DNA of 64,000 nucleotides from Bacteroidia bacterium (GCA_016788065.1 JAEUTI010000026.1:2290-66289); one strand, 5' to 3'. Positions 1 to 13,490 are shown, counted from the first letter of the stretch. Program-made: numbers and translations. The notes: generated by a model from the sequence alone, not told the origin.

Positions 1-2093
1 TGATCGCAAATAGAGTCAGGATTATAAATAAAGGAAGTTGAAGGTAATTCACGATGGATTTTTATAATATGATTCATTGGATCAATTAAATAGTAAGCAT
101 ACGGAATAAATCCTGTTAAAAAAGTAGTTGATGAATCAATGGATAGCGAATTGTACATTGTGTACTGAAAAAGATGCATAACGCTATCCTGATCATTCAA
201 AATGTAGGTGTCGGAATTATCAAGGTTTCCAAATATAAGATTATTGCCAATGTTACCCAGTCTAAAACCTCCCATCCAATTCATAGCTGAAGTCACCACG
301 GTATCCCATGTAATTCCATCATAACGATAGATCGCAGCTGTGGCAGCCAGATACAATTTATTATTTACCACCAGCATTTGAGTAACATTTTGATTTCCTG
401 GGATGGCAAGACTGTCCCAATTATTTCCGTTAGCTGATCGGGCGAAATAATAGTAATTTGGAAAAGAACCAAATTTACCGGAAGCATAGAGCATATTATT
501 GAAGACACAAAGGCTTGCAACATAATCATTATTCACAGACAGCTGTGGTAATTTACTCCAGGTGGTTCCATCAAATTTTGCAACTCCATGAACATTATTA
601 AGATCGGCAATTTCAGTAATGGCGCCGGCTACAAATAGTTTGTTATTGAAAGTTACCATATCTCTGATCATTTCCGGTTTACCTGATCCAACGGAATCCC
701 AATCAGTCCCATTCCATACAGCAAAACCACCTGTTGATTTATTGCCGGCTTTGCTGAAATTCCCACCCACATATAATTGGTTATTATATCGTACGAAATT
801 TCGTACTCGAAATCCTGATCCTAAATCCATCGCATTAACTCCGGTTCCAACCGGCTCCCATTTTGTACCATCCCATGTTGCAATACTATTAGCAACTGAA
901 TCTCCCGCAAATTCAAATCGGCCACCTACTAATAATTTATTCCAGGTTGAATCAAAATATATTCCATAACCGTGAGCATAATAACCAGACATATACCCTA
1001 ATGTTGGAAAAAACGGACTGCTGTAAGTGCCATTTTTTAAACAAGATACTCCGGCTGCAACTTCATTGTTTATTTTTCGAAAATCTCCTCCAAAAAAAAG
1101 TGTATCCTGAATTACTTTCCCAAAATACCAGTCTGGGTGATTTACAGTGTTCCCGATGGACGAGAAGCTCCCAATGTAGGTTCCGTTTGAGTTGTACATA
1201 GAGATAATTAAAGAATCATATGCTGTCAGACTCCTATGAAATGAATAAATAATGTTATTGTAAGTTGTGAGCGGGCAAAATATATAATCCACTTGAAAGA
1301 GCCCTGGTCCAGGAATTCCCTGCCAGTTGGTTCCTGATTTTTTGTAAATTGAGGAATTATTAGTGGTTAAACTATACATCGTTGCAAATAATGTCCCGTT
1401 ACAATAGGTGATGTTTCGAATCTCATGCAAGGTGTCGAGTGGCATGGGTGTCCAGGTGTTTCCGTCAAACTTCACAAGATTTCTACTGGCCATCCCATTA
1501 AAAGTATTGAAGAAACCATATGCATATAATGTATCATTCAGTACCTTTATGTTTACCCAGGCATAATCAGCACCGTTTCCAACACTGGACCATGTGTTTC
1601 CATCCCATTTTGCAATACCATTCACCTGCAAATTGTTATCAGCAACTGTAAAATAACCCGATACATACAATGATGAATCATAATATTCTATCGAGGTGAC
1701 AACACCATTCAAACCTTGCCCCATCTGATGCCATCCGGTACTGTCATAATAGCAAATGTTATTCATGGTGACCCCATCAATGGTTTCAATATTTCCGCCA
1801 ACATAAAGCCGGCCATTCACATATTGCATATCCCTCACATAATAATTAAAAGTATTGGCCATTGCATGCCATCCGGAATTGTCCCGGTAAGCTATTGTTT
1901 TTGTGTCCAGGTTCTCAATGGTCTCAAATTCGCCGGCAACAAACATCCTGTCCCCAATAGTATCCTTCTCCATACAAAGTATAGTTCCGGATACTCTAAG
2001 TCCTGATCCGAGTTTTTCAAATTGTTGCGAGTACCCTGTATAAGAATTCCATAAAAAGGCGATTAAAAAAATTAAACATTTCCAGGTTCTCAT
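1..2093 (-). CDS. secreted repeat (beta-propeller-like) protein; 3' end lies beyond the window start
   Basis: Absent from the ORF track because it runs off the edge. Manual reverse translation from ATG at 2093-2091 gives MRTWKCLIFLIAFLWNSYTGYSQQ (signal peptide). The frame was still open where spot-checked (1-60, 601-660, 1201-1260, 1981-2093). Recurring (W/F)DGxxW..(V)G.G units are present. The + strand ORFs at 619-2006 are antisense shadows. Confidence 0.6.
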   Translation of the reverse strand, partial: MRTWKCLIFLIAFLWNSYTGYSQQFEKLGSGLRVSGTILCMEKDTIGDRMFVAGEFETIENLDTKTIAYRDNSGWHAMANTFNYYVRDMQYVNGRLYVGGNIETIDGVTMNNICYYDSTGWHQMGQGLNGVVTSIEYYDSSLYVSGYFTVADNNLQVNGIAKWDGNTWSSVGNGADYAWVNIKVLNDTLYAYGFFNTFNGMASRNLVKFDGNTWTPMPLDTLHEIRNITYCNGTLFATMYSLTTNNSSIYKKSGTNWQGIPGPGLFQVDYIFCPLTTYNNIIYSFHRSLTAYDSLIISMYNSNGTYIGSFSSIGNTVNHPDWYFGKVIQDTLFFGGDFRKINNEVAAGVSCLKNGTYSSPFFPTLGYMSGYYAHGYGIYFDSTWNKLLVGGRFEFAGDSVANSIATWDGTKWEPVGTGVNAMDLGSGFRVRNFVRYNNQLYVGGNFSKAGNKSTGGFAVWNGTDWDSVGSGKPEMIRDMVTFNNKLFVAGAITEIADLNNVHGVAKFDGTTWSKLPQLSVNNDYVASLCVFNNMLYASGKFGSFPNYYYFARSANGNNWDSLAIPGNQNVTQMLVVNNKLYLAATAAIYRYDGITWDTVVTSAMNWMGGFRLGNIGNNLIFGNLDNSDTYILNDQDSVMHLFQYTMYNSLSIDSSTTFLTGFIPYAYYLIDPMNHIIKIHRELPSTSFIYNPDSICD

Positions 2094-2210
2094 CTTACTT
2101 ATTTTAAATTGTGAATCTCATTTGTAAGCGAAAGTATAAGAAATTCTTTGAAGATTCAAAAATTAAATTGGTAGCAATTATCAGGAATTGATCCAATTGC
2201 ATGTTATTGA

Positions 2211-5043
<2,833 letters not shown>

Positions 5044-5127
5044 GACTTATAGGATTAGCCAGGCAAAAATATAAAAAACAATGAATACAGGATTATTACG
5101 CAGTAGAAAAATACCAAAAGAAAAAAA

Positions 5128-5976
5128 TTAGCCTTCCTTGTTCAGGGATTTTAGTTTGAGTGGCATGCTTACTCCGAATACCACATTGAACTGAGTAAAG
5201 TAGAAATGTTGTCTTGCCTTATCCGAAGAATTTTTAGTGGTTTTAATATCAGGCATATTTATAAATCCGCCTTTCAGTTCAGGTTGAATGAAAAAATGTT
5301 TTAGAAAAGTGATATTAATAGCTGCTACAAGATCAATTCCATATCCAGCTAAATGAAATTGGTCGTTACGATCGAAATCAAGTAATGTAACATTTGATCG
5401 TGGATATAAAATTCCAACTCCAAAACCTTCTACAGCATTAATTTCTAGCTGAGATGAATGATATAAACGATCGTGATGTCTGATTTCTGAATTCGCATAG
5501 TTCAATCCATCAGTATGTTCAAAAATTAAAAAATCCTTTGAAAGAGTGATATCTTCATTATCATACATACCATTGTAAGCAGAACTGCTATTCTCTATAA
5601 ACCCATTAATTTTTACCTTTTGGCCATTTCGCATCACATACTTCATATGATCGGTTCCAATAGAAATTGAAAGATTGTTTTTGAAGTAATATCCAAATCG
5701 CAAATTGTATTGTGGAATTGTAAGCTGTGCGGGATTAAAATAAACATCTGCATCAAAAGGAGACGGCCTGTCGTAAGCAATTACATTTTTAAGCGTAAAA
5801 TCGTATCCGGTTCCAGTGAATTGAATATCTGATTTAGTGTACCATGCACGATTCCATCCCCAATAAAAATAAAATTCACCTTTTTTATTGAATCGATGTG
5901 AAGAAACGCCCTCTGCATCTCCTGCAAAAATTGTTGCTCCGTAAATAACTAAAATAAGTGTGAGTAGAAATCGCAT
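5128..5976 (-). CDS. hypothetical outer-membrane beta-barrel protein
   Basis: Signal peptide MRFLLTLILVIYGATIFA with alternating aromatic/aliphatic beta-strand pattern. The track start at 5991 is a TTG lying inside a TATATTTG -7 box, so the ATG at 5976 is preferred. Confidence 0.5.
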   Translation of the reverse strand: MRFLLTLILVIYGATIFAGDAEGVSSHRFNKKGEFYFYWGWNRAWYTKSDIQFTGTGYDFTLKNVIAYDRPSPFDADVYFNPAQLTIPQYNLRFGYYFKNNLSISIGTDHMKYVMRNGQKVKINGFIENSSSAYNGMYDNEDITLSKDFLIFEHTDGLNYANSEIRHHDRLYHSSQLEINAVEGFGVGILYPRSNVTLLDFDRNDQFHLAGYGIDLVAAINITFLKHFFIQPELKGGFINMPDIKTTKNSSDKARQHFYFTQFNVVFGVSMPLKLKSLNKEG

Positions 5977-5988
5977 AAAATGAGTGTA

Positions 5989-5996
5989 CAAATATA
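5989..5996 (-). promoter_or_regulatory. Bacteroidota -7 promoter box (TATATTTG on minus strand)
   Basis: The reverse complement of 5989-5996 is TATATTTG, 13 nt upstream of the ATG at 5976. Confidence 0.35.
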
Positions 5997-6192
5997 CGGG
6001 GATTCTTTGTTAAGGTTACTTACTAAATAAAATAATGTGTTAACGAAATAAGTTTGTAATGAATTGAAATACAGTCAAGTGTGTTGAAGTGGCTGACTAA
6101 AAAATCAGCTCATTTCTATGTTGTTAATTAGAATGCTCATTATTTTTATTTAATTAACTTATTTGTCAATCATTTGTGATGTCAGAGATGTG

Positions 6193-6200
6193 TACATTTG
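6193..6200 (+). promoter_or_regulatory. Bacteroidota -7 promoter box (TACATTTG)
   Basis: TAnnTTTG match 14 nt upstream of the ATG at 6214. It lies inside the longer TTG-started track ORF, which argues for the shorter start. Confidence 0.4.
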
Positions 6201-6213
6201 TAAAAAATTATTT

Positions 6214-6765
6214 ATGAGTATTCATGTAAAACACCCCTGGCATGGGGTTGAAAGCGGAGAACAGGCACCTAAGGTAGTAAGGGCAGTTATTGAGATTGAA
6301 AAAGGAAGTAAAGCAAAATATGAGCTTGACAAAGATTCCGGCTTATTAAAACTGGATAGAGTTTTGTTCAGTTCAGTCCATTATCCTGCAAATTATGGTT
6401 TTATTCCACAAACATATTGCGATGATAAGGATCCACTTGATATTTTAGTTATTTCATCCATAGATTTTAAACCACTAAGTCTGGTTGATGCCAAAGTTAT
6501 TGGTTGCATGCGAATGGTTGATAATGGTGAACAGGATGATAAAATTATTGCTGTCGCGAATTTTGATCAGTCGGTCAATTATATGAACGATGTGAGTGAA
6601 TTGCCTCCACATACAGAGAGTGAAGTAAGACGTTTTTTCGAAGATTATAAGAAGCTTGAAAAGAAGCAGGTTGTAGTGAAAAAGTTTTTCAACAGAGAAA
6701 TTGCCTTCAAGATTATTAAAGATGCGATGGCACTTTATAAAAAGAGTTTTAAGGGGTTCATGTAA
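6214..6765 (+). CDS. ppa: inorganic pyrophosphatase (family I)
   Basis: HPWHG..., [25 protein letters not shown] and DPLDILV motifs. Start moved from TTG 6163 to ATG 6214. Confidence 0.93.
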   Translation: MSIHVKHPWHGVESGEQAPKVVRAVIEIEKGSKAKYELDKDSGLLKLDRVLFSSVHYPANYGFIPQTYCDDKDPLDILVISSIDFKPLSLVDAKVIGCMRMVDNGEQDDKIIAVANFDQSVNYMNDVSELPPHTESEVRRFFEDYKKLEKKQVVVKKFFNREIAFKIIKDAMALYKKSFKGFM

Positions 6766-6903
6766 GTTTGCTATCAGAAGACAACAGTTTCGTTTTCTAT
6801 AACAATATAATTACTTTTTTAACGTTTGCCCGTAATTATTTTTTAGTGCAATAAAAATACTGGTACAAAGTTTGGAATTATAGAATCATCTAAACTAAAA
6901 CCA

Positions 6904-7497
6904 ATGAAAAATCTCAAATTAATTTCAATGATTACCATGTTATTATCATGGACATTGATTACCGAAGCTCAGGTGCAATTTGGTGTCACAGGTGGCGTAT
7001 CGTTCAACAAAACAAATTTTAAAGTTTCAGATTTGACACCGGGAACCAACCTCAATTTCAGTAAAGCAACAGGTGCAGAACTTGGAATTTTTACCCGTAT
7101 TCCTGCAGGATTTATTTATGTTAAGCCAATGGCTAATGTTAGTTTTCTTCGCGGGACAGTTACGGGAGGAGAAGATAATGTGAACGAAAGTGATGATTTT
7201 AATATGAGCACCATCGAAGTGCCCGTTTTGGTTGGGTTGCAATTATTGCCATTCTTATCAATAGAAGGTGGGCCAAGCTGGAATTATCTCATGGATCATT
7301 CCGAAAATGTGAACGGGGTGAATTTATCTTTCAATAGACATTCAGTTGGTTACAGAGCAGGAGCGGTACTTGATTTGGGCACACTGGGGATTTTTGGCCA
7401 CTATGGCGGTATCCTCACAAACAATGAGGGCCGGCAAGTTGAATTGCAGCGGCCCTCCAGAATAATTGTTGGTATAAAACTGAATTTATCAAAATAA
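6904..7497 (+). CDS. small outer-membrane beta-barrel (porin-family) protein
   Basis: Signal peptide ending in ...EAQ, followed by a Gly/aromatic-rich alternating strand pattern. Confidence 0.55.
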   Translation: MKNLKLISMITMLLSWTLITEAQVQFGVTGGVSFNKTNFKVSDLTPGTNLNFSKATGAELGIFTRIPAGFIYVKPMANVSFLRGTVTGGEDNVNESDDFNMSTIEVPVLVGLQLLPFLSIEGGPSWNYLMDHSENVNGVNLSFNRHSVGYRAGAVLDLGTLGIFGHYGGILTNNEGRQVELQRPSRIIVGIKLNLSK

Positions 7498-7508
7498 ATC
7501 CAAAGCCT

Positions 7509-8027
7509 TTATTTTTTTAACGGCGCTCCAACCGGAATAGAACAATCGTGACCAGGTTCCCCATGGGCTGGATTGGTTCCCGCAGCTACAGACCCGGTTG
7601 GTGCTCCTGCAGGAGTTCCAGTAGCGGGAGCAGTCATTATAGAAGTGGGTTGTTGAGTAGCCGGTTGAGCAGCAGCTGGCAAGGTAATTTTTGACGACCC
7701 CTGAATTTCTCCGGGAGTGATTGTCATGGTATTGCTTTCGGCTTCAGGTGTGCTTCCCGGTGCGGGGGCCGATGAAAGTGGTGCCCCAACAGCAATTTCA
7801 CAACGGTGCCCCGGCATACCATGCTCCGGATTTAGTCCGCTCGCTACCGCAGCATCAGCTGTTGCTTTCATTTCCAGGCTTTGTTGAATTGCCAGTGTAT
7901 CAATTGGAGCTGCAGGATTAACCTGTGTTGTATCCATCGTAGTTGTCTCGGTCGATTCAGGCGCTGAATTACAGGATATTGCTATCACAGCAGGAATTAA
8001 TGCTATTAGAAGGGTTTTCTTATTCAT
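7509..8027 (-). CDS. probable lipoprotein with duplicated NPxHGxPGHxC motif
   Basis: Signal peptide plus Cys19 (AIS-C). Ala/Pro/Thr-rich linkers. Two copies of NP(E/A)HG(M/E)PGH(R/D)C(E/S)I(A/P)VGAPL at 7776-7832 and 7518-7574. Confidence 0.6.
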   Translation of the reverse strand: MNKKTLLIALIPAVIAISCNSAPESTETTTMDTTQVNPAAPIDTLAIQQSLEMKATADAAVASGLNPEHGMPGHRCEIAVGAPLSSAPAPGSTPEAESNTMTITPGEIQGSSKITLPAAAQPATQQPTSIMTAPATGTPAGAPTGSVAAGTNPAHGEPGHDCSIPVGAPLKK

Positions 8028-8229
8028 AAAGAAGTTTATTTAAGGTTAACAGGCTGAATTCGAATATGGTACAAGCCTTTTCACAAAGATAGTGAAAAAT
8101 TAACATTCCAAAGGATGTTCTTTCTAAGGAACTATTATGTGTTTGAAATTCAAGGATGATGATGTGAAAAACCATGGCATATATATTCTATGAATAAACA
8201 CTGTTCATTTCCAAACCTCTTTGGTTGCA

Positions 8230-9195
8230 TTATTTACTTTTAGTATCCGGATTTTTTTTGAAATACTTTCTGAATAAAAAATTACTCCGCATCGCTTTTA
8301 AGTTTTCATTTAATAGTTCGGTACTTAATTTCAAATTTGCGATTCCATTTTTCACATTGCCGGCAAGTGAAGTATCGGCACTTACTGCATGCAACAAACT
8401 ATTTTTATTATTCAGTTGCTTTGAAAATTCACTCAATTCCTGCGAAATTATATTCAGACTGTCTGATGTTTGTTGTAAGTTTGAAATGGTGGTTTTTAAT
8501 TCATAAGAAATAACCGTATCGCGAATTAATGTTGCAGCTAATCCTTTTCCAGTATTCAATTCAGTCGCTAGTTTGTTTAATTGTAAAGTGATGTTATTCG
8601 CATTAACAGCTGCATCGCGAATTACCGCCAGCGTCTGACGAATATTATCGGCCGAAACAGAATCTTCGATAAGCTTTAAAATCCCCCTGCTTTTATTAAG
8701 TCTGGAAGTAAAATTTTTAAGATCTTCAGTAATAGCTTCCAGATTTTGGTTGGTCGTATTAAGAGTTCTGATCATCTCATCATTTTCGATCGGGCGTAAA
8801 GAAATGAGAACATCACCTTCTTCAATATTTGGTGCAGTACCTGAACCCGGATTGATATTGATGAGTTTATTTCCCATTAATCCATCTGTTCCAACGGAAG
8901 CAATAGAATTTTTCTTGATGTAGGTGCTGTTGCTTTTTTCAATGATCATGTAGACAGTTACACTGGAGTCATTTTCAATCTTTATTTTCTCAACTGTCCC
9001 GATATCGATTCCTGCATAACGCACGTTATTCCCGGGAATTAGTCCGTTGACATTATAAAATTGAGAAGAAATTTTGATGGTATTGCTGAATATATTCCTG
9101 TTACTACCTATCAGATACAAAGCCGCTATAAGTGCTGCAGTTCCAATGGTTATAAATATACCTAATCGAATATTGTTTGTGGTGGTTGCTTTCAT
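8230..9195 (-). CDS. mlaD: MlaD / MCE-family substrate-binding protein
   Basis: N-terminal TM segment followed by an MCE domain (GLIPGNNVRYAGIDIGTV) and a long coiled C-terminus. It overlaps the upstream ATPase gene by 4 nt. Confidence 0.8.
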   Translation of the reverse strand: MKATTTNNIRLGIFITIGTAALIAALYLIGSNRNIFSNTIKISSQFYNVNGLIPGNNVRYAGIDIGTVEKIKIENDSSVTVYMIIEKSNSTYIKKNSIASVGTDGLMGNKLININPGSGTAPNIEEGDVLISLRPIENDEMIRTLNTTNQNLEAITEDLKNFTSRLNKSRGILKLIEDSVSADNIRQTLAVIRDAAVNANNITLQLNKLATELNTGKGLAATLIRDTVISYELKTTISNLQQTSDSLNIISQELSEFSKQLNNKNSLLHAVSADTSLAGNVKNGIANLKLSTELLNENLKAMRSNFLFRKYFKKNPDTKSK

Positions 9196-9947
9196 TGCAT
9201 GCTTTCAAAGAATTGTTTAACTTTTGGATCTGAACTTTTAATTAGCTCATCAAATGTTCCTTCTGCATAGTTTGTACCTTCCAGAAGTACTACAATTTTA
9301 TTGCCTGTTTTGTGCGCTACCTGAATATCATGACTAATTATAATTGATGAAATATTATATTTTTTCTGAAGTGACATCATCAAATCAACAATTTCTTTTC
9401 CGGTTATTGGATCAAGTCCGGTTGTTGGTTCATCATATAAAACTATTTCAGGCTTCAGTATAAGTGTTCGTGCCAGACCGATTCGTTTACGCATACCACC
9501 TGATAAGTCTGCCGGCAACATGTCAATGGTATGTGGTAATCCAACATTTTCCAAAGCTTCTTTTACAAGCGCATCAATTTCTTCTTTCGTTTGATTGAAC
9601 CAGTGCCTCCGCATCGGGAATTCCAAATTTTCCCGAACAGTCATGGAGTCATACAATGCATTATTCTGAAAAAGAAATCCAATCTTTACACGAATTTCAT
9701 CCAGAGATTCTTGTTTCATTTCTGAAATTTCATTCCCAAGAACCTTTATGGTACCGGAATCTTGTTTGAGCAAACCTACAACACATTTAATGAGCACCGA
9801 TTTGCCTGATCCCGATTTACCCAAAACAACAACATTCTCACCCCTGTGAACAGAGAGATCAAAACCATCCAGCACTTTATTATTGCCAAATGCTTTTTTT
9901 AATGCTGTAATCTCAATTACAATTTCTTTTGAGTCTGAATCGTTCAA
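9192..9947 (-). CDS. mlaF: ABC transporter ATP-binding protein, MlaF-like
   Basis: Walker A GKSGSGKS, signature LSGGMRKR and Walker B VLYDEPTTGLD. Sits in an operon between the permease and MCE genes. Confidence 0.85.
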   Translation of the reverse strand: MNDSDSKEIVIEITALKKAFGNNKVLDGFDLSVHRGENVVVLGKSGSGKSVLIKCVVGLLKQDSGTIKVLGNEISEMKQESLDEIRVKIGFLFQNNALYDSMTVRENLEFPMRRHWFNQTKEEIDALVKEALENVGLPHTIDMLPADLSGGMRKRIGLARTLILKPEIVLYDEPTTGLDPITGKEIVDLMMSLQKKYNISSIIISHDIQVAHKTGNKIVVLLEGTNYAEGTFDELIKSSDPKVKQFFESMQ

Positions 9948-9977
9948 GATTTTTTTATTAAGATATTTCTCAATTCG

Positions 9978-10745
9978 TTAGTTTAATCCCAGCATATCTG
10001 TAAATTGAACGGCAATTAAATCAATTACAAATATTAATAAGGATGCTATAACCACAGAGGAGTTAGCTGAATGTCCAACACCTTCTGTTCCTTTCATAGA
10101 ATGATAACCTTTGTAACAACCAACTATTCCAATTGCAAATCCAAAAAAATAGGATTTGACAAATGCAGGAACAAAATCGCTGTATGCTAATGCATCAAAA
10201 ACCTGGTTGATGTACAATTTAAAACTTACTGCATCTTTTATATTTACTCCAAGGTAAGAAGCATAGAGCGCAAGCAGGTCCGCAATTATTACTAATACAG
10301 GAAGCATAAGAGTGGTTGCCATAACTCGTGTAACAACTAAATACTTAAATGGATTTGTTCCCGATACTTCCATAGCATCTATTTGTTCCGTAACTTTCAT
10401 TGATCCTAATTCAGCTCCGATGCTGGATCCAATTTTACCTGCACATATCAAAGCTGTAATAACAGGCCCGATTTCTCTGACAACTGAAACGGCAACCATG
10501 GCGGGTAACCAGGATTCAGCACCAAATTCCGCTAATGTTGGTCGCGATTGCACCGTAAGCACCAATCCCATAATTGCTGCTGTAATTCCAACTAGGGGCA
10601 ACGATTTATAACCAATTATGTAGCATTGCCGGAACAGTTCCTGCCACTCATATCGCGGTTTTAAGCCTTCCCGGAAAAATCTTCCGGCAAAGTTTCCAAT
10701 CGCTCCCACTTCCTCTAAAAACGCAACCCACTTGCCTGATTTCAT
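9978..10745 (-). CDS. mlaE: ABC transporter permease, MlaE-like
   Basis: About 255 aa polytopic permease with the MlaE-type pattern (EIGPVITALICAGKIGSSIGAELGSMKVTEQIDAME). Confidence 0.85.
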   Translation of the reverse strand: MKSGKWVAFLEEVGAIGNFAGRFFREGLKPRYEWQELFRQCYIIGYKSLPLVGITAAIMGLVLTVQSRPTLAEFGAESWLPAMVAVSVVREIGPVITALICAGKIGSSIGAELGSMKVTEQIDAMEVSGTNPFKYLVVTRVMATTLMLPVLVIIADLLALYASYLGVNIKDAVSFKLYINQVFDALAYSDFVPAFVKSYFFGFAIGIVGCYKGYHSMKGTEGVGHSANSSVVIASLLIFVIDLIAVQFTDMLGLN

Positions 10746-10994
10746 ACCGATGTCTTACTGCTTCAAAAGTAACATAATATTCCAATCCTGAAAATGACAT
10801 TTATCGCGTTAATGAATAGCAAACCCGGGAACCACCTTTTCGCTAAATGGGAAAAGTAGCGATATAATTTCCCAAATTGAGAATTTTTCGTATTGCCAAA
10901 CAATTAAAAATGAATTAGATACACCTAATGATTTAAACGGAACAAAACTTGCCAATGATATCAAACACACTATATTAACCTAACGCTTCAAATT

Positions 10995-11495
10995 ATGAAA
11001 AAGGTAAAAACAATTCTCTTCGCTATGGTATTATTTACCGGAAACCTGTTTGCGCAAGATTATGGAACAGGAATCGGATTACGACTTGGTGGATTATCAA
11101 GTGGTATTTCTGTAAAAGGATTTGTGAACTCTACTTCTGCTTTAGAAGGTATTGCATCATTCGGTCGGCATAGTTTTATTGCCACAGGCTTATACGAGAA
11201 ACATTTTGCAATTCCCGGTGCAACCGGATTAAATATGTATGTGGGTGCTGGTGGTCACATAGGTTTCTTCGGTTATCGTGGTTCTTACTTTTATAAAAAG
11301 AAAAATGAATATTATTATGTTTATGACGAAGGTCGTACTGCTGTAGTTCCAGGTGTAGATTTGATTATAGGACTCGAATATAAAATTAAGGATGTCCCTT
11401 TGGCAATTGGAGTTGATATAAAACCGTTCATCGATTTCTTTGATGGCTCCGGATTTTATTTTGATGGCGCACTTAATATTCGTTACGTATTCTAA
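10995..11495 (+). CDS. small outer-membrane beta-barrel protein
   Basis: Signal peptide ...LFAQ, Gly-rich strands and a C-terminal aromatic residue (RYVF). Confidence 0.5.
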   Translation: MKKVKTILFAMVLFTGNLFAQDYGTGIGLRLGGLSSGISVKGFVNSTSALEGIASFGRHSFIATGLYEKHFAIPGATGLNMYVGAGGHIGFFGYRGSYFYKKKNEYYYVYDEGRTAVVPGVDLIIGLEYKIKDVPLAIGVDIKPFIDFFDGSGFYFDGALNIRYVF

Positions 11496-11498
11496 AAT

Positions 11499-13331
11499 TT
11501 AACGAATTAATTCCACCGTTCCTTTAAATACTTCATTTCTGTCGGCTGCATTTAAAATGTAAAAGTATACTCCATCCGGAACATCTTTTCCATTTTCGGA
11601 TTTCCCATCCCACCAGGTTCCGGGTGCATCTGATTTGAAAACAACATTTCCCCATCGATTGAAAATTTGCAGCGAGAAATCATAAACTCCTTTCGCAAGA
11701 AATAAATCGTTCACCCCATCATTGTTGGGTGTAAAAATGTTGGGCAGAAAGAACGGACAATCCGTTGAATCATTCACATACTGTGAATAGGTAACAGTGC
11801 CTGAACTGTTGCTCAGAGTGAGTTGAACAAGATGAGGTCCATTGCCGGTAAAACAAACAACTGGAGGATCTGATCCAATATATTGTGAAGGTGTTCCATT
11901 TTCAAATGTCCAAATCCAATTTCCTGCAAGCAAACTTTGTTGTGTAAAGCTATAACATATTTTAGGACAAAGTGTATCCACAGATGCCGCAAATGTTCCG
12001 CAGGGCAATAAATTATTGCAGAAGTTTGTCCGTGATGTCGGAATCGAAAATGCAGGAGGAGGAACAGGAGTATGATTCGCTGTCAAAGGAAGTACAGTTT
12101 CCGGAACAGGAATTTCTTCCACAACCAAAATTTCATCTCTTACAATTAAATTCAAAGGTGAAGTATAGCAACCAAGGTCTCCGTTGGAATCTGTTCGTAA
12201 TAATGGGGCAATGCGAAACTGTATCGCCGGCCGTGCATCACCGGTCATTAAATAGCCACCATCTGATGTTTGCGAACCGTAAAATATATAATTGGTAAAG
12301 TTAGGGGATATACCATAACTTTTAGACCATATCACATTTCCGTTCGGTTGTGATTTTACCAACATTAAATTTCTTTGTTCCCAGGCTCCTTCATCACCAA
12401 AAATCGCAACGTTGCCATCATTTGTGTAAATAATATCTCTGCCAATATCACCCTGCGGTGTTTGTGCATCATAAAATTTTGATTCAATAACATTAAGTCC
12501 GGTATCGACTTTTAAAAACATAATATCCCATTCCGAATTAATAAAATAACTTTTTCCGGTTATATACAAATTACCTTCGTTGTCTGAACAAATGGCTTTA
12601 GGTTCATCATCATAAGTTGTTGAGTAAGTTTTTCTTTTGATAAAATTCCCATCGAGTGTGCAAGTCAGAATAAAAGTATCCATGAATGGTAAAAATATGG
12701 CTTTCAATGTCCCGAATATGGCCAGTTTATCATCGGCAGTAATGGTCAAACCCAATGGTGTGTAATAGTTGATGTTAGAGAATTGATGGTGCCACAATAC
12801 ATCACCATTTGAATTTAAACAAACAACGGAAATAGCGGTAACGGCTGATATATTATTCACAATACTTCCGCATAAAAATATTCTTCCATCGGAATGTTGT
12901 TTCATGAATCCTTTTGTTTCATCAATCCGGTGATCAATCACAGTGCTCCACTGCGTATTTCCAATCGAATCTAATTTCATTACCACGGCTTCCCAGGAGC
13001 CCGAAACTGTTTGTGTGTTCAATAAGATCAATGCTCCCATGTCGGCTTGCGGAATCAGCTCTACGGGAAGGGTATAAATTCCATTATCAAAGAACTGCTC
13101 CCATTCTTTGTCGCCGGCACAATTCAATTTTGTTACACAGGCAATGGCTCTGCCTGAGATATAAATGAAGTAAGAAAAATAATAGCCTCCATCTGTCGTC
13201 TCTGTTATAGTGCGCCCCTCACCACCTGCACTGATATGTCCATAGGTTTTGTAAAATGTTTGCTGCCCTTGAACAGGTTTCGTAACCAGACAAATGAGCA
13301 TAATAGTAACGGAATAAAGAAATAGCTTCAT
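11499..13331 (-). CDS. T9SS type B (gliding-motility CHU_C-type) C-terminal-domain surface protein
   Basis: The C-terminus PNIFTPNNDGVNDLF...FNRWGNVVF...WDGK...GVYFY matches the type B sorting domain. A signal peptide is present. Start placed at ATG 13331; GTG 13343 in the track is an alternative. Confidence 0.8.
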   Translation of the reverse strand: MKLFLYSVTIMLICLVTKPVQGQQTFYKTYGHISAGGEGRTITETTDGGYYFSYFIYISGRAIACVTKLNCAGDKEWEQFFDNGIYTLPVELIPQADMGALILLNTQTVSGSWEAVVMKLDSIGNTQWSTVIDHRIDETKGFMKQHSDGRIFLCGSIVNNISAVTAISVVCLNSNGDVLWHHQFSNINYYTPLGLTITADDKLAIFGTLKAIFLPFMDTFILTCTLDGNFIKRKTYSTTYDDEPKAICSDNEGNLYITGKSYFINSEWDIMFLKVDTGLNVIESKFYDAQTPQGDIGRDIIYTNDGNVAIFGDEGAWEQRNLMLVKSQPNGNVIWSKSYGISPNFTNYIFYGSQTSDGGYLMTGDARPAIQFRIAPLLRTDSNGDLGCYTSPLNLIVRDEILVVEEIPVPETVLPLTANHTPVPPPAFSIPTSRTNFCNNLLPCGTFAASVDTLCPKICYSFTQQSLLAGNWIWTFENGTPSQYIGSDPPVVCFTGNGPHLVQLTLSNSSGTVTYSQYVNDSTDCPFFLPNIFTPNNDGVNDLFLAKGVYDFSLQIFNRWGNVVFKSDAPGTWWDGKSENGKDVPDGVYFYILNAADRNEVFKGTVELIR

Positions 13332-13482
13332 TTTTATATGCACTGATTTAGCGAATTTAGGTAATAGTTTTTAATTTCTGATGACTGGTGCTTTGACCCT
13401 GATTAATTTAGACAACAGGAATTGCCGCCCTGCTGCCCGGGAATTAATTTTATTTTTTTGAATTACGGATTCCTCTGGATTT

Positions 13483-13490
13483 TATATTTG
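13483..13490 (+). promoter_or_regulatory. Bacteroidota -7 promoter box (TATATTTG)
   Basis: TAnnTTTG match 5 nt upstream of the ATG at 13495, implying a very short or absent leader. Confidence 0.35.

Noticed and set aside
619-2006. Three + strand ORFs (116, 84, 96 aa) from the ORF track
   Set aside because: They lie antisense to a long, uninterrupted minus-strand ORF (1-2093) that has a signal peptide and a repeat architecture. They have low-complexity, implausible sequences.
6163-6213. N-terminal extension of ppa (TTG start), and similarly the TTG start at 5991 for the neighbouring gene
   Set aside because: TAnnTTTG -7 boxes lie inside the extensions, and conserved or signal-peptide sequence starts at the downstream ATGs (6214 and 5976).
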